A stretch of DNA of 56,923 nt, filler included, from Sphacelaria rigidula (taxonomy: Eukaryota), in NCBI GenBank assembly GCA_964200075.2. It is 6 parts of 6 records of this genome, joined end to end, with 100 filler letters (N's around TTAATTAATTAA, not from the genome) between each part and the next. Parts side by side here need not be neighbours in the genome. Positions count along the whole stretch, not along the records: positions 19,010 to 28,413 come from CAXNAA020008581.1; positions 28,514 to 37,917 come from CAXNAA020008582.1; 4 more parts are not named here. One strand, written 5' to 3'. The notes beneath the pieces were generated by a model. That model saw nothing but the letters and a program-made list of their open reading frames with translations, was not told the DNA's origin and did no database searches. A program made the translations under genes and the position numbers. Shown one piece after another: positions 24,476-34,594 of this stretch. The stretch's first letter is position 1; every line of letters begins with the position of its first letter.

Positions 24476-25160
24476 CCAAGTCGCGACTTGGACATAGCTT
24501 TCGTCCAACTCGCAACTTGGAAGAAGTTATGTCCACCACCTGCTGCGATTTGACTACCCGCCCGCGTTCGTCCCATGTGCCTTGCATCGACACCACAGCA
24601 CCTGCTATACACCCACACAGTCCGCAGGCACCGTTCAAGCCATCGCACGGTCAAAATGGCCTCGTAGCGAGCGAGAAACGCGCCCGCTGCACAATGCCAA
24701 AAAACTACCGCCGCCCAACCTTGGCCCGACTGGAGGTGGACATGAGATACCATGCTAAAGTCGCATGAGCTACCATGTACAAGTCGCGACTTGGACATAG
24801 CTCATGTCCACCAGCAGCGTTTGAAATACCTGTCCGCGCTCGTCCCATGTGCCATGCATCGACACCACAGCACCTGCAATACACTCACACAGTCCGTAGC
24901 CATCGTTCAAGCCATCGCACGGAGCAAACGGCCTCGTAGCGGACGAGAAACGCGCCTGCTGCACATTGCCAAAAAATACCACCGCCCGACTGGAGGTGGA
25001 CATGAGCTACCGTGTACAAGTCGCGACTTGTACATGCTCATGTCCACCAGCAGCGATTGAAATACCTGTCCGCGCTCGTCCCATGTGCCTTGCGTCAACA
25101 CCACAACATCTACAATACACTCACACAGTCCGTAGCCACCGTTCAGGCCATCGCACGGTG
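24476..25160 (+). repeat. ~238-bp tandem repeat (satellite), about 3 units, forward block
   Basis: The palindrome CAAGTCGCGACTTG recurs at ~24477, 24780 and 25017. The unit includes GTCCCATGTGCCTTGCATCGACACCACAGC and TTCAAGCCATCGCACGG. Confidence 0.92.
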
Positions 25161-25440
25161 CAAGTGATAGTTCAAACGGCCCGATAGTTGGCAGCAGACG
25201 TGACTAACTCATTTGGATACTTAATCTTCGACCGCGGGTATTGCCTATTTGATGAAGATGAAGAACACACTATAATAGCGGCAATCACCTGTTGGCGCTC
25301 TTGTCTGCAACGCAGTCGCTATCAATCGCAACCACATGATTACGTGCTCCCATGCCCTCACCCAACATACCTCATGTCAAACTTGCCTAAATCGCATTTT
25401 TTCAAAAGCTTTGTCCAACTACAGTTGCATACATATTTAG

Positions 25441-26310
25441 GCACTGTGTGCAGCAGGCGCGTTTCTCGTCCGCTACGACGCCGTGTGCACCCCACGAAGG
25501 CTTGAACGATTGCTACGTGCTGTGTGAGTGTATTGCGGATGCTGTGGTGTCGACGCAAGGCACACGGGGCGAGCGCGGAGAGGTATTCCAATCACTGGAC
25601 TTGGACATAGCTTATGTCCACCTCCAGTCTGGTGGCGGTATTTGTTGGCACTGTGTGTGGCCGGCGCGTTTCTCGTCCGCTACGAGGCCGTTTGCTCCGT
25701 GCGATGGCTTGAACGGTGGCTACGGACTGTGTGAGTGTATCGCAGCTGCTGTGGTGTCGATGCAAGGCATATAGGATGAGCGCGGACAGGTATTTCAATC
25801 GCTGCTGGTGGACACGAGCTATGTCCAAGTCGCGACTTGTATATGGCAGCTCATGTCCACCTCCAGTCGGGCGGGGGTATCTTTTTCGGCTTCGTGCAGC
25901 ACGCGCGTTCCTCGCTCGCTACGAGGCCGTTTTGACCGTGCGATGGCTTGAACGGTGGCTACGGACTGTGTGAGTGTATTGCAGGTGCTGTATTGCCGAT
26001 GCATGGCACATGGGACGAGCGCGGACAGGTATCTCAATCGCTGCTGGTGGACATGAGCATGTCCAAGACGCGACTTGTACATGGTAGCTCATGTCCACCT
26101 CCAGTCGGGCGGCGTTTTTTTTTTGGCAATGTGCAGCAGGCGCGTTTCTCGTCCACAACGAGGCCGTTTGCTCCGTGCGATGGCTTGAACGGTGGCTGCG
26201 GACTGTGTGAGTGTATCGCAGCTGCTGTGGTGTCGATGCAAGGCACATGGGACGAGCGCGGACAGATATTTCAATCGCTGGTGGTGGACTTAAGCTATCT
26301 CCATGTCGCG
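25441..26310 (-). repeat. Same ~238-bp repeat, about 3.5 units, inverted block
   Basis: CCGTGCGATGGCTTGAACGGTGGCT recurs at ~25697, 25936 and 26173, the reverse complement of the 24476-25160 unit. Confidence 0.92.
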
Positions 26311-27012
26311 CTTCGGACATATATGCATGTATCCGTTGTTCAGACAGCGTTCAAAAAACTAGAAATATGCTGCGATTAGCACGTCTCATGTGCCTTGCAT
26401 CGACACCCAACAAGGAGAAGAAGCAAAAGCAGCAGTATCAGCAGCATCGTTCCTGCCAGTAGATGTACGCGGCTGGGGTTGGGTCTGAATCAGCCGGTGC
26501 CGATACTGCTGCTGCTGCTGCCGTTTTTCCTCATGGGAGAGACGGTCCGCGTTTCGATCATGCTACAACGCCCACGCACCTTGCGCGTGATAGCCACCGT
26601 GCTGGAAGGCGCTAGTCCGTACCACCCGCTGATGAGTCCATGCTTCCCCACTAGGCTAAGTGCTGGGAGATATCGCTGTGGGCATCTATCTGTGTGAGCT
26701 GTGCACGTCGGGTATGTCTCGCGCGCGTGGCTACTGCTGGTGATGGGAATAAAGTCAGCGTCCAGAACAGAGGAAAACAAGCGATATGTATTCGTATTGA
26801 AAATATTACAGGAGTAACAACACCGAAACAGATCAGAGCCAATTTCAAATAGGGGGAGGCAATAACGCGACAGGTGCATGAGAATTGTCGCACGTCGAAA
26901 CGGGGACCGCGTCCCGCACGAGAAGTAGTAGTAGCAGCAGCAGCAGCAGCAGCAGCGCTAATCACCCCGTCTAAACCCTCAGTGCATCGCGGAACAATGC
27001 GGGTAAAACGTA

Positions 27013-27130
27013 CTAGCGGCAATCACCTGTTGCGTTTTTGCCTGCAACGCGACCGCTATCAATCGCAAGCACATGATTATGTGCTCCCATGCCTCCAGCC
27101 TAATCGAATATACTCACACTCAATGATAGA
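27013..27130 (-). mobile_element. Possible minimal non-autonomous Helitron
   Basis: The minus strand reads A|TCTATC … GTTGC-loop-GCAAC hairpin, 12 nt, CTAG|T. Its 3' ~80 nt are repeated at 25276-25360. Confidence 0.45.
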
Positions 27131-27784
27131 TACATGCAAGCAGGCCTTGTTCCTTGACACGTGATCCATAAACAGGGACAGCTGGACACGACTGATGAAG
27201 TCGATCAAAGGACACGGCTGAGCCGATCATGTTGATATAGAAGAGTAGTATTACATAGCTTGACTAAGCAAGTCAAGGAAGGAAAAGAAGGAAGAGAACG
27301 ACTGGGTGTGGCTATCCCCACACATGACAAGCAAACATTGCGTACGCAGGTACAAAACATACGCCTACTATATTAGCAAATCCTACCGCATGTAACTGAC
27401 AATGTCGAGTAAAGACGGGTACCTTTGTGCCGTGGTTTGTCAGTACTGCAGACAACACTGAAAAGTCTGTTCACCTCAACACCCCCCTTGGACAGTCGTT
27501 TCAGTAGTAGGCTCACGGCACACCAATCTAAACAAGTCGTCCTGTGAGCGGGTATGTCTCTGGATAGGTACTTTCGGAGAAAAATCGCACCTGCCCCCCC
27601 ATAGACAATATATACCAGAATCACATGTGCGCTCCTTCTTTCGAAAAGTTACAGAACTTCAGAACTCTCTGTACCTCATTCAAACTCTAGCGCTCAAAGA
27701 TCCCGACCACCGTTCCAAGATCGAAAACCAAGTTCTCTCGGATCAGACATGTATCCACACCTGCAGCACAGTGCAAAATCAAGA

Positions 27785-27950
27785 CCCTCACGCATATCTT
27801 TCAGTACAGCGTGCGCATCATCAAGTGCACATGCCCTATTTTCAAACTGAGATATCAACCTTTCAAACAGAATAACAGAGAAACCCTCACGCTCACCTTT
27901 CGAAGTACAGCGTGCGCATCATCAGGTGCACATGCCTCATTTTCAAATTT
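27785..27950 (+). repeat. ~100-bp direct repeat, 2 copies
   Basis: ACCCTCACGC…AGTACAGCGTGCGCATCATCA(A/G)GTGCACATGCC..ATTTTCAAA at ~27784 and ~27883. Confidence 0.8.
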
Positions 27951-28413
27951 TCGAAACATGAATCTTCCGAACAGAAAAACAGGGACTGTAGTTCAGACAA
28001 ACACCATGCAACTCTTACATCGCGATCCCGCGTAGAAAAATTCTCGACACTACTGTCAATCAACCAGAATTCTACTCAGCGAACAGCGAACCGGCAGAGC
28101 GATTTTTTTTTTAAAACTGTTTTCAACACGCGCAATCAAAGTACAACATGACAACACATCCTGCGTCCCCCCCCTCATTGTTTTGCTTTCAAACGGTCTG
28201 CGTCTCTCTCCTGCCCCCCTCGTTTCGGGCTACGGCTATGAGGGGGCGCCGGCATCGTGGAACATTATTTCCTCTTTCCACCGATGTCCATCGAGAGGTC
28301 CATGCAGCGGGGGTTGTGCTCGTTGCCGGTTCGCTGCGCCATCCAACTTCAGCTCGCACCTATCGCGGAACAATTTCAAATATCGAGCCTCACCGAGAAT
28401 TGAGGCTCGACAT

Positions 28414-28513
28414 NNNNNNNNNNNNNNNNNNNNNNNNNNNNNNNNNNNNNNNNNNNNTTAATTAATTAANNNNNNNNNNNNNNNNNNNNNNNNNNNNNNN
28501 NNNNNNNNNNNNN
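28414..28513. other. Artificial contig spacer
   Basis: 44N-TTAATTAATTAA-44N. Confidence 0.98.
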
Positions 28514-28616
28514 AGCGAAAACGGTCAAACTGGCGTGTTCGGCTGTTTTCGCGTTTCTGGCCATTTTTCGTACCTATCTTAGGCATAAACGAGAAGGTAT
28601 ACCTTTTCTAGGCCAT

Positions 28617-31480
28617 TCATTGATTGATTGATTATCACACTGTAACTGACCCCCCAGCGGTCCAGCCGTGGTCTCATGATAGACGTACCCAAGAAAACCA
28701 AACTGAAACACGCTCCAAGGAAAAAAAAAGGAAATAGAGAAAAAACATTGCCCAAAAAATACTGGTAGCCTCCTGAGTTCTGATGCTGTATGCGACCATT
28801 TGGGCTCCTGGAGGCAGGGCCCATTGGTCCACTTAACACACCAAGCCAAACAGGAAGGGAGCCAAACTCAGGGGACCAAGGTCACCACCCACAGCGACAG
28901 GAAGCACAAGGTTGTATCCTTGTTCCTCTAGAGGGACAGCCGTGTGTATGAATATACTAGGCATAGCAGGAAAAGCACCACATAACGACCCACCACCTCG
29001 GGGGAGCGGTGCATGGAAGTTAGCAATTAGCAGGGAAAAAGAAGACAAGGAGAGATGATGGAGAGTCCTGCCTCTTCCGCCATGTTCAGTTCGGTACAAG
29101 CTGGCTACGCGTTGTTCCATCTCCTCCCTCCCTCCTCAAGTATCCTGTTTCACCGCACCTATTCGGTTGACCTTCTCGTCGTTCTTATGCCAAGAGGTCA
29201 TGAACCTCTCCGCTCCCTGCAGTACCCCAGCATGTCATGGTATCCCCCCTTTCTTCTTCGCTGCTGAAGGCTAGAGGGAACTTTTAACGCCGAACGTCCG
29301 TCGTTTGTCGTCCGTAGGGCCGTTCGTGGCTCCGAAAGCTTGAATATCGTCCATCAGGCGCTTCAGCCAGTTTTGCTCTGGACACCTCTGGTCCTGGATC
29401 CTCCTCCCCCCACGAGTGTGCCGAATGGCAGTCGCTTCGGTAGTTGTCCGTCCGGTTGTCTAAGGAGGGCTCCCGCGAACATCAGTCGCCGTTGCCGGAC
29501 GATGGCTTCAGCACTTCGGCATCCGGTCTTGTTGAGGGCCTGGGCGTACGATAACTGTCGGTATGTGCCACGCACCGGCAGCACCCGATAACTCGCAGGA
29601 GCAGCCGGTAGTGTACCGTCCTCGGCAACCGGTAGTCCTCGCGGCGCGGGGCCCACGTCAAGCATCCGTACTGTAAGGTCTCCATCGCCTCCGCCTTCAG
29701 TGGTCGGACCTTTAGTCTTCGCGGTGCTATCGGTCCATCAAAGACGGGAAACATTTCTGATCCACGCCCGCGCGGCTCTGCTCCGGCTGTTGATCTCCTG
29801 TGTGAGCTCGCCATCTTTGATAACGAGCCCACCCAAGTATCGGAACTTCGTGGTTTGTGCGTACTTCTGGCCGACTGCTTCGATGACCAGTGGCGGGGGA
29901 GGTGATGTTGATGAGTCCCCCTTCTGTGGCGATTTTTTGCGGTGCTCGCATTAGTTGAGTCTTTGTCTTCTTCGACACCGTCAGTCTGAAGGCCCCAAAC
30001 ACGCGTACAGTAACGGTCATCATCCTCGCCAGGCCGTCCGGGGACCTCGAGACAACGGCCGCGTCATCGGCATTTAGCATTCCCCACACCGCTCTCCGTA
30101 CGCATTCCAGATGTGTTTGCGCCCCCCTCACCGTCTCCTCGTAGAGTTATACCATGTCCTTGAGGATGATGTCGTCCTCGCTGAATCACACCTCGAGTGC
30201 CGCGGCGAAGAGATATTGAACCGCAGCGGAGACAGCACACATCCTTGCCGTAGTCCCTGAGTGACCTCGAACCACTCCGAGAGCCCCGTCGTCCATGCGT
30301 ACGCGGGCCTGTGTGCCATCGTGGAATTGGTGAATAAGTGATATAATCTCATCCAGAATAACAGCTCGGGCAAGCATCTGCCGTAGGAGCTCTTGGTCGA
30401 CCGAATCAGAGGCCTTTTGGAGGTCGACAAAGCACGTGTGTAGTGGTATTCTCCGTCGTCGTCCCACTTCCTATGGTCGGCGCACTACGAACAATATGTC
30501 GACGGTCGATCGACCAGATCGGAAGCCGCACTGTTCCTTCGGCCGTATCCCGTGGGCTTTGCAGTGATCACTGAGGCGGTTGCCTCTATCTTCAGAAGCA
30601 CTTTCCCTGCGTGCGACACCAGTGAGATTCCCGGGTAGTTGTTATAGTTGGAGCGGTCCGATTTCTGCGTCTTTCCACTCATGCGGGACTTCACTTCCGT
30701 TCCACACCTCGACGAGGACGGCATGGAAGCGTTCGATAACGATAGGCTCGACGCAACCGTTGATGCTGAGTAGAACTAGGGAGGGAGTCGTGTCCCGACG
30801 CTTTCCAGTTTTCCATCACCCGGACTGCTTTTATGGTCCTCCAGCGTTGGTGATAACCCAAGCGGTACCGAATCTCCTGTGGGTAATGCTGTCGGTCGCT
30901 GCTTGACCTCCTCGATGATGGCTGGGTTCAACATGGGCGATTTGGTGTTGAGCAGGAATAGGTAAAACTTTCGCCTATCGCTTCAGGATCTCAATCTTGT
31001 TTCTCAGGAGACCGTTTTCGACCTTGACAAACTACTGCCCCCCTGATCGCCTCCCGCCAAGACCCACCGACCTCTTGGAGTGTTTGTACAGGCCTCGCAT
31101 GTCGCGATCCTTGTAGATCGCTTCTAGCCGTGCCACATACCTCTCCAGGTGTGCATGAACGCCGTTATATATCGCAGTACGTACTCCCTTACACGCGGCT
31201 GAGTGCTTTCCACGTTGCTGGGGTTCGGTTATCCTTCATCAGTCGGCGAACCTCCCATCGGTGGGCCAGCGCTGCCGCTACTTTTGCTCTCGTTTCGGGA
31301 CTTTCACACCATCCCAGCATACGTGGTATCCGTGTCTCTGCCGGGAGTTCTGTCTGTGTTTCTTCGAGGATAGCTTCGGTGAACTCCTTCGCCGCCGCCG
31401 GTGTGGTGGTGGGTGGCTGGTATGCTCGCTCCATGAGGTTGTGTAGGAACCTCTCCATCACATGCTGCCGTGCTATCTCG
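28617..31480 (-). mobile_element. 5'-truncated, degenerate non-LTR retrotransposon (RTE-like LINE) with RT remnant and (ATCA)n tail
   Basis: Frameshifted RT motifs NYPGISLVSHAGKVLLKI, IPLHTCFVDLQKASDSVD, WFEVTQGLRQGCVLSP, MLNADD (YADD), FRYLG and VRQRRLMFAGALLRQPDGQLPKRL. Minus-strand 3' tail …GTGTGATAATCAATCAATCAATGA at 28617-28640. Confidence 0.9.
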
Positions 31481-31489
31481 ATGTGCAGT

Positions 31490-31772
31490 TACCCAGAATT
31501 TGGGTAGTGTATTTGAGGTCGTACTCAATCTACCCCGAATCTGGGTAGAGTATTAGAGATAGTACACAAATCACCCCAAATTTGTGTACAGTACTGGGGT
31601 CATACCGAAGTGATGCTGTATACCCGGGTATTGCTGAGAATATTCAACCACCCAAATGTTTAGTGAGAGTATTTGAGATGGTACTCAATCTCCCGAAACC
31701 CTGGGTGAAGTAAACACCCGGGTATTTTACCAGAGTACTCAAATAGTACATACCCTACCCGACACGCCCTTG
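31490..31772. repeat. Array of short subterminal-type repeats (TACCC…GGGTA, GAGTA/TACTC), probable DNA-transposon end
   Basis: Repeated units such as tacccagaatttgggtagtgtatttgag / taccccgaatctgggtagagtattagag. It ends …taccctacccgacacgcccttg. Confidence 0.55.
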
Positions 31773-32557
31773 AAACAGAGGGCATTCTTTAATCTGACGA
31801 CCCTAAAACGCAACGGACGGCGATTTAGACCGTGAGAGGTAGGTGGCGATGAGCGTGAACACCTACCACTGATGAGCTTAAAAGAGCGCATGTCGCTGTC
31901 GATGCCAAGAATATTCGTACGGGGCAGCAATGTTATCGCAAGCCCGTGGCGTATCAAACAACACATTGCATTAGCAGATTGTGTGTTGCCTCAGGGAAAA
32001 ATTGTAGCGCTCCTGTCGATCCACACATGCCTTGCGTGCTATCATGAGAGCCCCCAGATACCGTTACGACCGCCATTTGGAATAAAAAACGCAGTGTACC
32101 ATCACATGCGTCACGCAGTCGCGGCCTTTCAGCATTTTCCCGTTTGATCTTCTGACTTTTAACTCCGTAAGGTTCAACCATGTATACCTTCAAACTTGCT
32201 GCACTCATGTTTTGCAGATTGCTCTACGGGGGATACACTACAGCGAGACGTTCGGCGCGATCGAACAGCGTGTGCCTGCCCCTTTGTTTCGGATTGCTGC
32301 GGTCGCTTGACGGGTTTTAAGACCTGCCATGCCAGTCCACACGACACGCTGCCCTGACGAGGGCCAAACGCGCCAACGGCCGTAGACTATCCATTGCCGT
32401 AAAAACAGTCAGTCACATTTTTCAAAACTACCCGCCCGCCGTTGATGTTTTCTTTTTCGACTCGGTTACATATTCTGTGGCCCCTCCTTTCCCCCGCCGT
32501 CCTCATTTGCTCCGCTGTGTTGTTATTTGCGTGATTTTTTTTTTTTCAATTCGGCAG

Positions 32558-34594
32558 CCGGCGTTCAAGGGACCGCACTTGGCGATATGCATCCTGACGG
32601 ACCGAAGCGCGGGCGAGCGACGACACCTTCTGCGGCAAACTTGGCTTCAGGATGTACCAGAGGGTGCGAAGGTGTCGCATGTGTTCGTCATGGGCGAAGA
32701 CAAGAGCTTCTCCGTGGCGGAGAACGCGCGATTGGCCGAGGAGGTGAAATTACACCGAGATATCATCATTACCCCGGACGAGGAAGGGCCAAACACTGGC
32801 TCCACTAAAACCAAGCACTGTATATATTGGGTCACGAAGATGAACAAGGCGTTCGATCTATTGATCAAGACTGACGACCAGAGCACGCTGTTTCTATCGC
32901 GGCTGGTAGGGACGGGCGGCTGGCTGACCGGGGTGAAGCGGGACGACTACGTGTACTTCGGGAAGAAACATCCCCTGAAAAAGGTGTCCAATCCGCAGAA
33001 CTTCGAGCTAGACGAACCGGTGAACACGTTCTCGCACTTCGAGTTCGACTTCCGGGGTAGTTACTGGCCGGAATACATGGAAGGGGGGATGTACGGGTTC
33101 TCCCGCCGGCTGTCGGAAGAAATCGTCAAGAACGACTTCAGGACCTACACCAGCGAGGACGCAATGGTTGGTGTTTGGGTATCTAGCCTGCATACCGATA
33201 CTCTGTACCTTGAGGATGACCAGGTGCTACAGTCAGAGAAGGACTTCAGTGTCAAAAACGGTACGCGCGTTGTTGCCGCCTTTGAGACAGACAATCTGCG
33301 CCTAGCCTCCATGTGGTGTGAGTATGGTCCCCTGGGCACCCTCTCGCGGAGCGCCATGATCGCGGAGAACCCTCAGCAGGCGTTGGATTGCCTCGGGTCG
33401 TATCAGAGAGGGGCGCTCAAGTCGCGCTCCGAGCCGCTCGCGGCCGGCCAGAGAATCCAGGACAGGGTGCTCGCCATGCTGGCGAAGGAACGGCCGAAGC
33501 AGACGCGGCCGGACCCCGCGCAGACGGGGAAATGGTGGCAGCAGATGGGTCGGGTGTTCCGAGGGCAACCGGCCGCCGTGATCGGTAACACCGGGAGCGT
33601 GGACCGCCTGCCGCTGTACCTGTTGCAGGGGATGCACGCGCTCGTGCTGGATGATTTTTTCCAGGTGTCGGAGCGGTATACCAGCACGTCGTGGGCCCCG
33701 ACGATGTACATGTGCGTGGATCCGTCGGTTTGTGCTTCGGAACATGGCGGGACGGCGGCGAGGACAGCCGCGGGGGGAAGGAGAGCGACTGGCCGGAAGG
33801 GAGAATACCCCCCGACGGCCGAAAGCGCGAACCGGTTCGCGCGGAACGTGTTCGCGGCGTTCTATCTCATGGAGAGCCCGGACGGCGTAGAGTACTGGAA
33901 GTACCTCCGGGAACGCGTAAACGCATATTGGTTTTTCACCGCTGGCGGGGGCGGGGGGGGCAAGACGGCGGTGCCTGGAATGGGTTTGGTCACGGACGGC
34001 TTGTCAACAGAGAACAACTTTCGCGTTGTTTCGCGGAAGTCCGGGGTGGCGATGGGTATAGAGGTGCTCTCGTACCTCGGCTTCTCGCCGATATATGTGA
34101 CAGGAGCTCGGGAGGAGCTTAAGTCGCAGTGGGACGAGGTGTCCCACGCGTTGCACACGGCTTCGTCGGTCTACGGCGCGCAGGTGATTTATCTCTTCGG
34201 GCACGACGCGGACAGGTTGGACCCGAGCATGATGGCAGCGTCGGCGAAGGGTGAACCTACCCGGAGCGGTGCTCTGATGAGCACGCAGCAGCACATCGTG
34301 AGGAGCATGATGAAGCGGCACGGGGTGAGCGGAGAAAAAACTTTGCCGTGGGAGCTGCGCATGTTCTTACGAAATTTCCCCGTGATCAGTCGCCTGGAGA
34401 TTAATCGCAACGCTAGGTCGTTGGAGGCCATGTTCCCCGGCTCGCCGCGTTGTCGCGATGCTGAGGATCTCGACCGCTTCCAGAAAGCTGTGCTGTGTCC
34501 CGTCAAGATATCTCTGGAACATTTCTCGTCTTTTCTTGCGTGGCATTTGCCGTATGGGCCAGTGGGGGACATGTTTGTCTGGGCGAAGCGATGA
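32558..34594 (+). CDS. Terminal ~2-kb exon of a two-domain glycosyltransferase: GT31 (Galactosyl_T-like) plus Maf/DUF115-like domain; 5' exons unresolved
   Basis: 705-codon open frame (32477..34594) with a polypyrimidine+CAG acceptor ending at 32557. GT31 motifs: RRHLLRQTW, VFVMG, LAEE…DII, LLIKTDD, PEYMEGGMYGFS, EDAMVGVW. Second-domain motifs: FRGQPAAVIGNTGS…WAPTMYMCVD…MGIEVLSYLGFSPIYVTG. A candidate upstream exon ends at a phase-0 GTCAGT donor at 32408. Confidence 0.88.
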   Translation, partial: PAFKGPHLAICILTDRSAGERRHLLRQTWLQDVPEGAKVSHVFVMGEDKSFSVAENARLAEEVKLHRDIIITPDEEGPNTGSTKTKHCIYWVTKMNKAFDLLIKTDDQSTLFLSRLVGTGGWLTGVKRDDYVYFGKKHPLKKVSNPQNFELDEPVNTFSHFEFDFRGSYWPEYMEGGMYGFSRRLSEEIVKNDFRTYTSEDAMVGVWVSSLHTDTLYLEDDQVLQSEKDFSVKNGTRVVAAFETDNLRLASMWCEYGPLGTLSRSAMIAENPQQALDCLGSYQRGALKSRSEPLAAGQRIQDRVLAMLAKERPKQTRPDPAQTGKWWQQMGRVFRGQPAAVIGNTGSVDRLPLYLLQGMHALVLDDFFQVSERYTSTSWAPTMYMCVDPSVCASEHGGTAARTAAGGRRATGRKGEYPPTAESANRFARNVFAAFYLMESPDGVEYWKYLRERVNAYWFFTAGGGGGGKTAVPGMGLVTDGLSTENNFRVVSRKSGVAMGIEVLSYLGFSPIYVTGAREELKSQWDEVSHALHTASSVYGAQVIYLFGHDADRLDPSMMAASAKGEPTRSGALMSTQQHIVRSMMKRHGVSGEKTLPWELRMFLRNFPVISRLEINRNARSLEAMFPGSPRCRDAEDLDRFQKAVLCPVKISLEHFSSFLAWHLPYGPVGDMFVWAKR

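Noticed and set aside
24451-26462. Many 60-140-aa ORFs with repeated peptides
   Set aside because: They are translations of the 238-bp satellite, whose unit length does not preserve frame.
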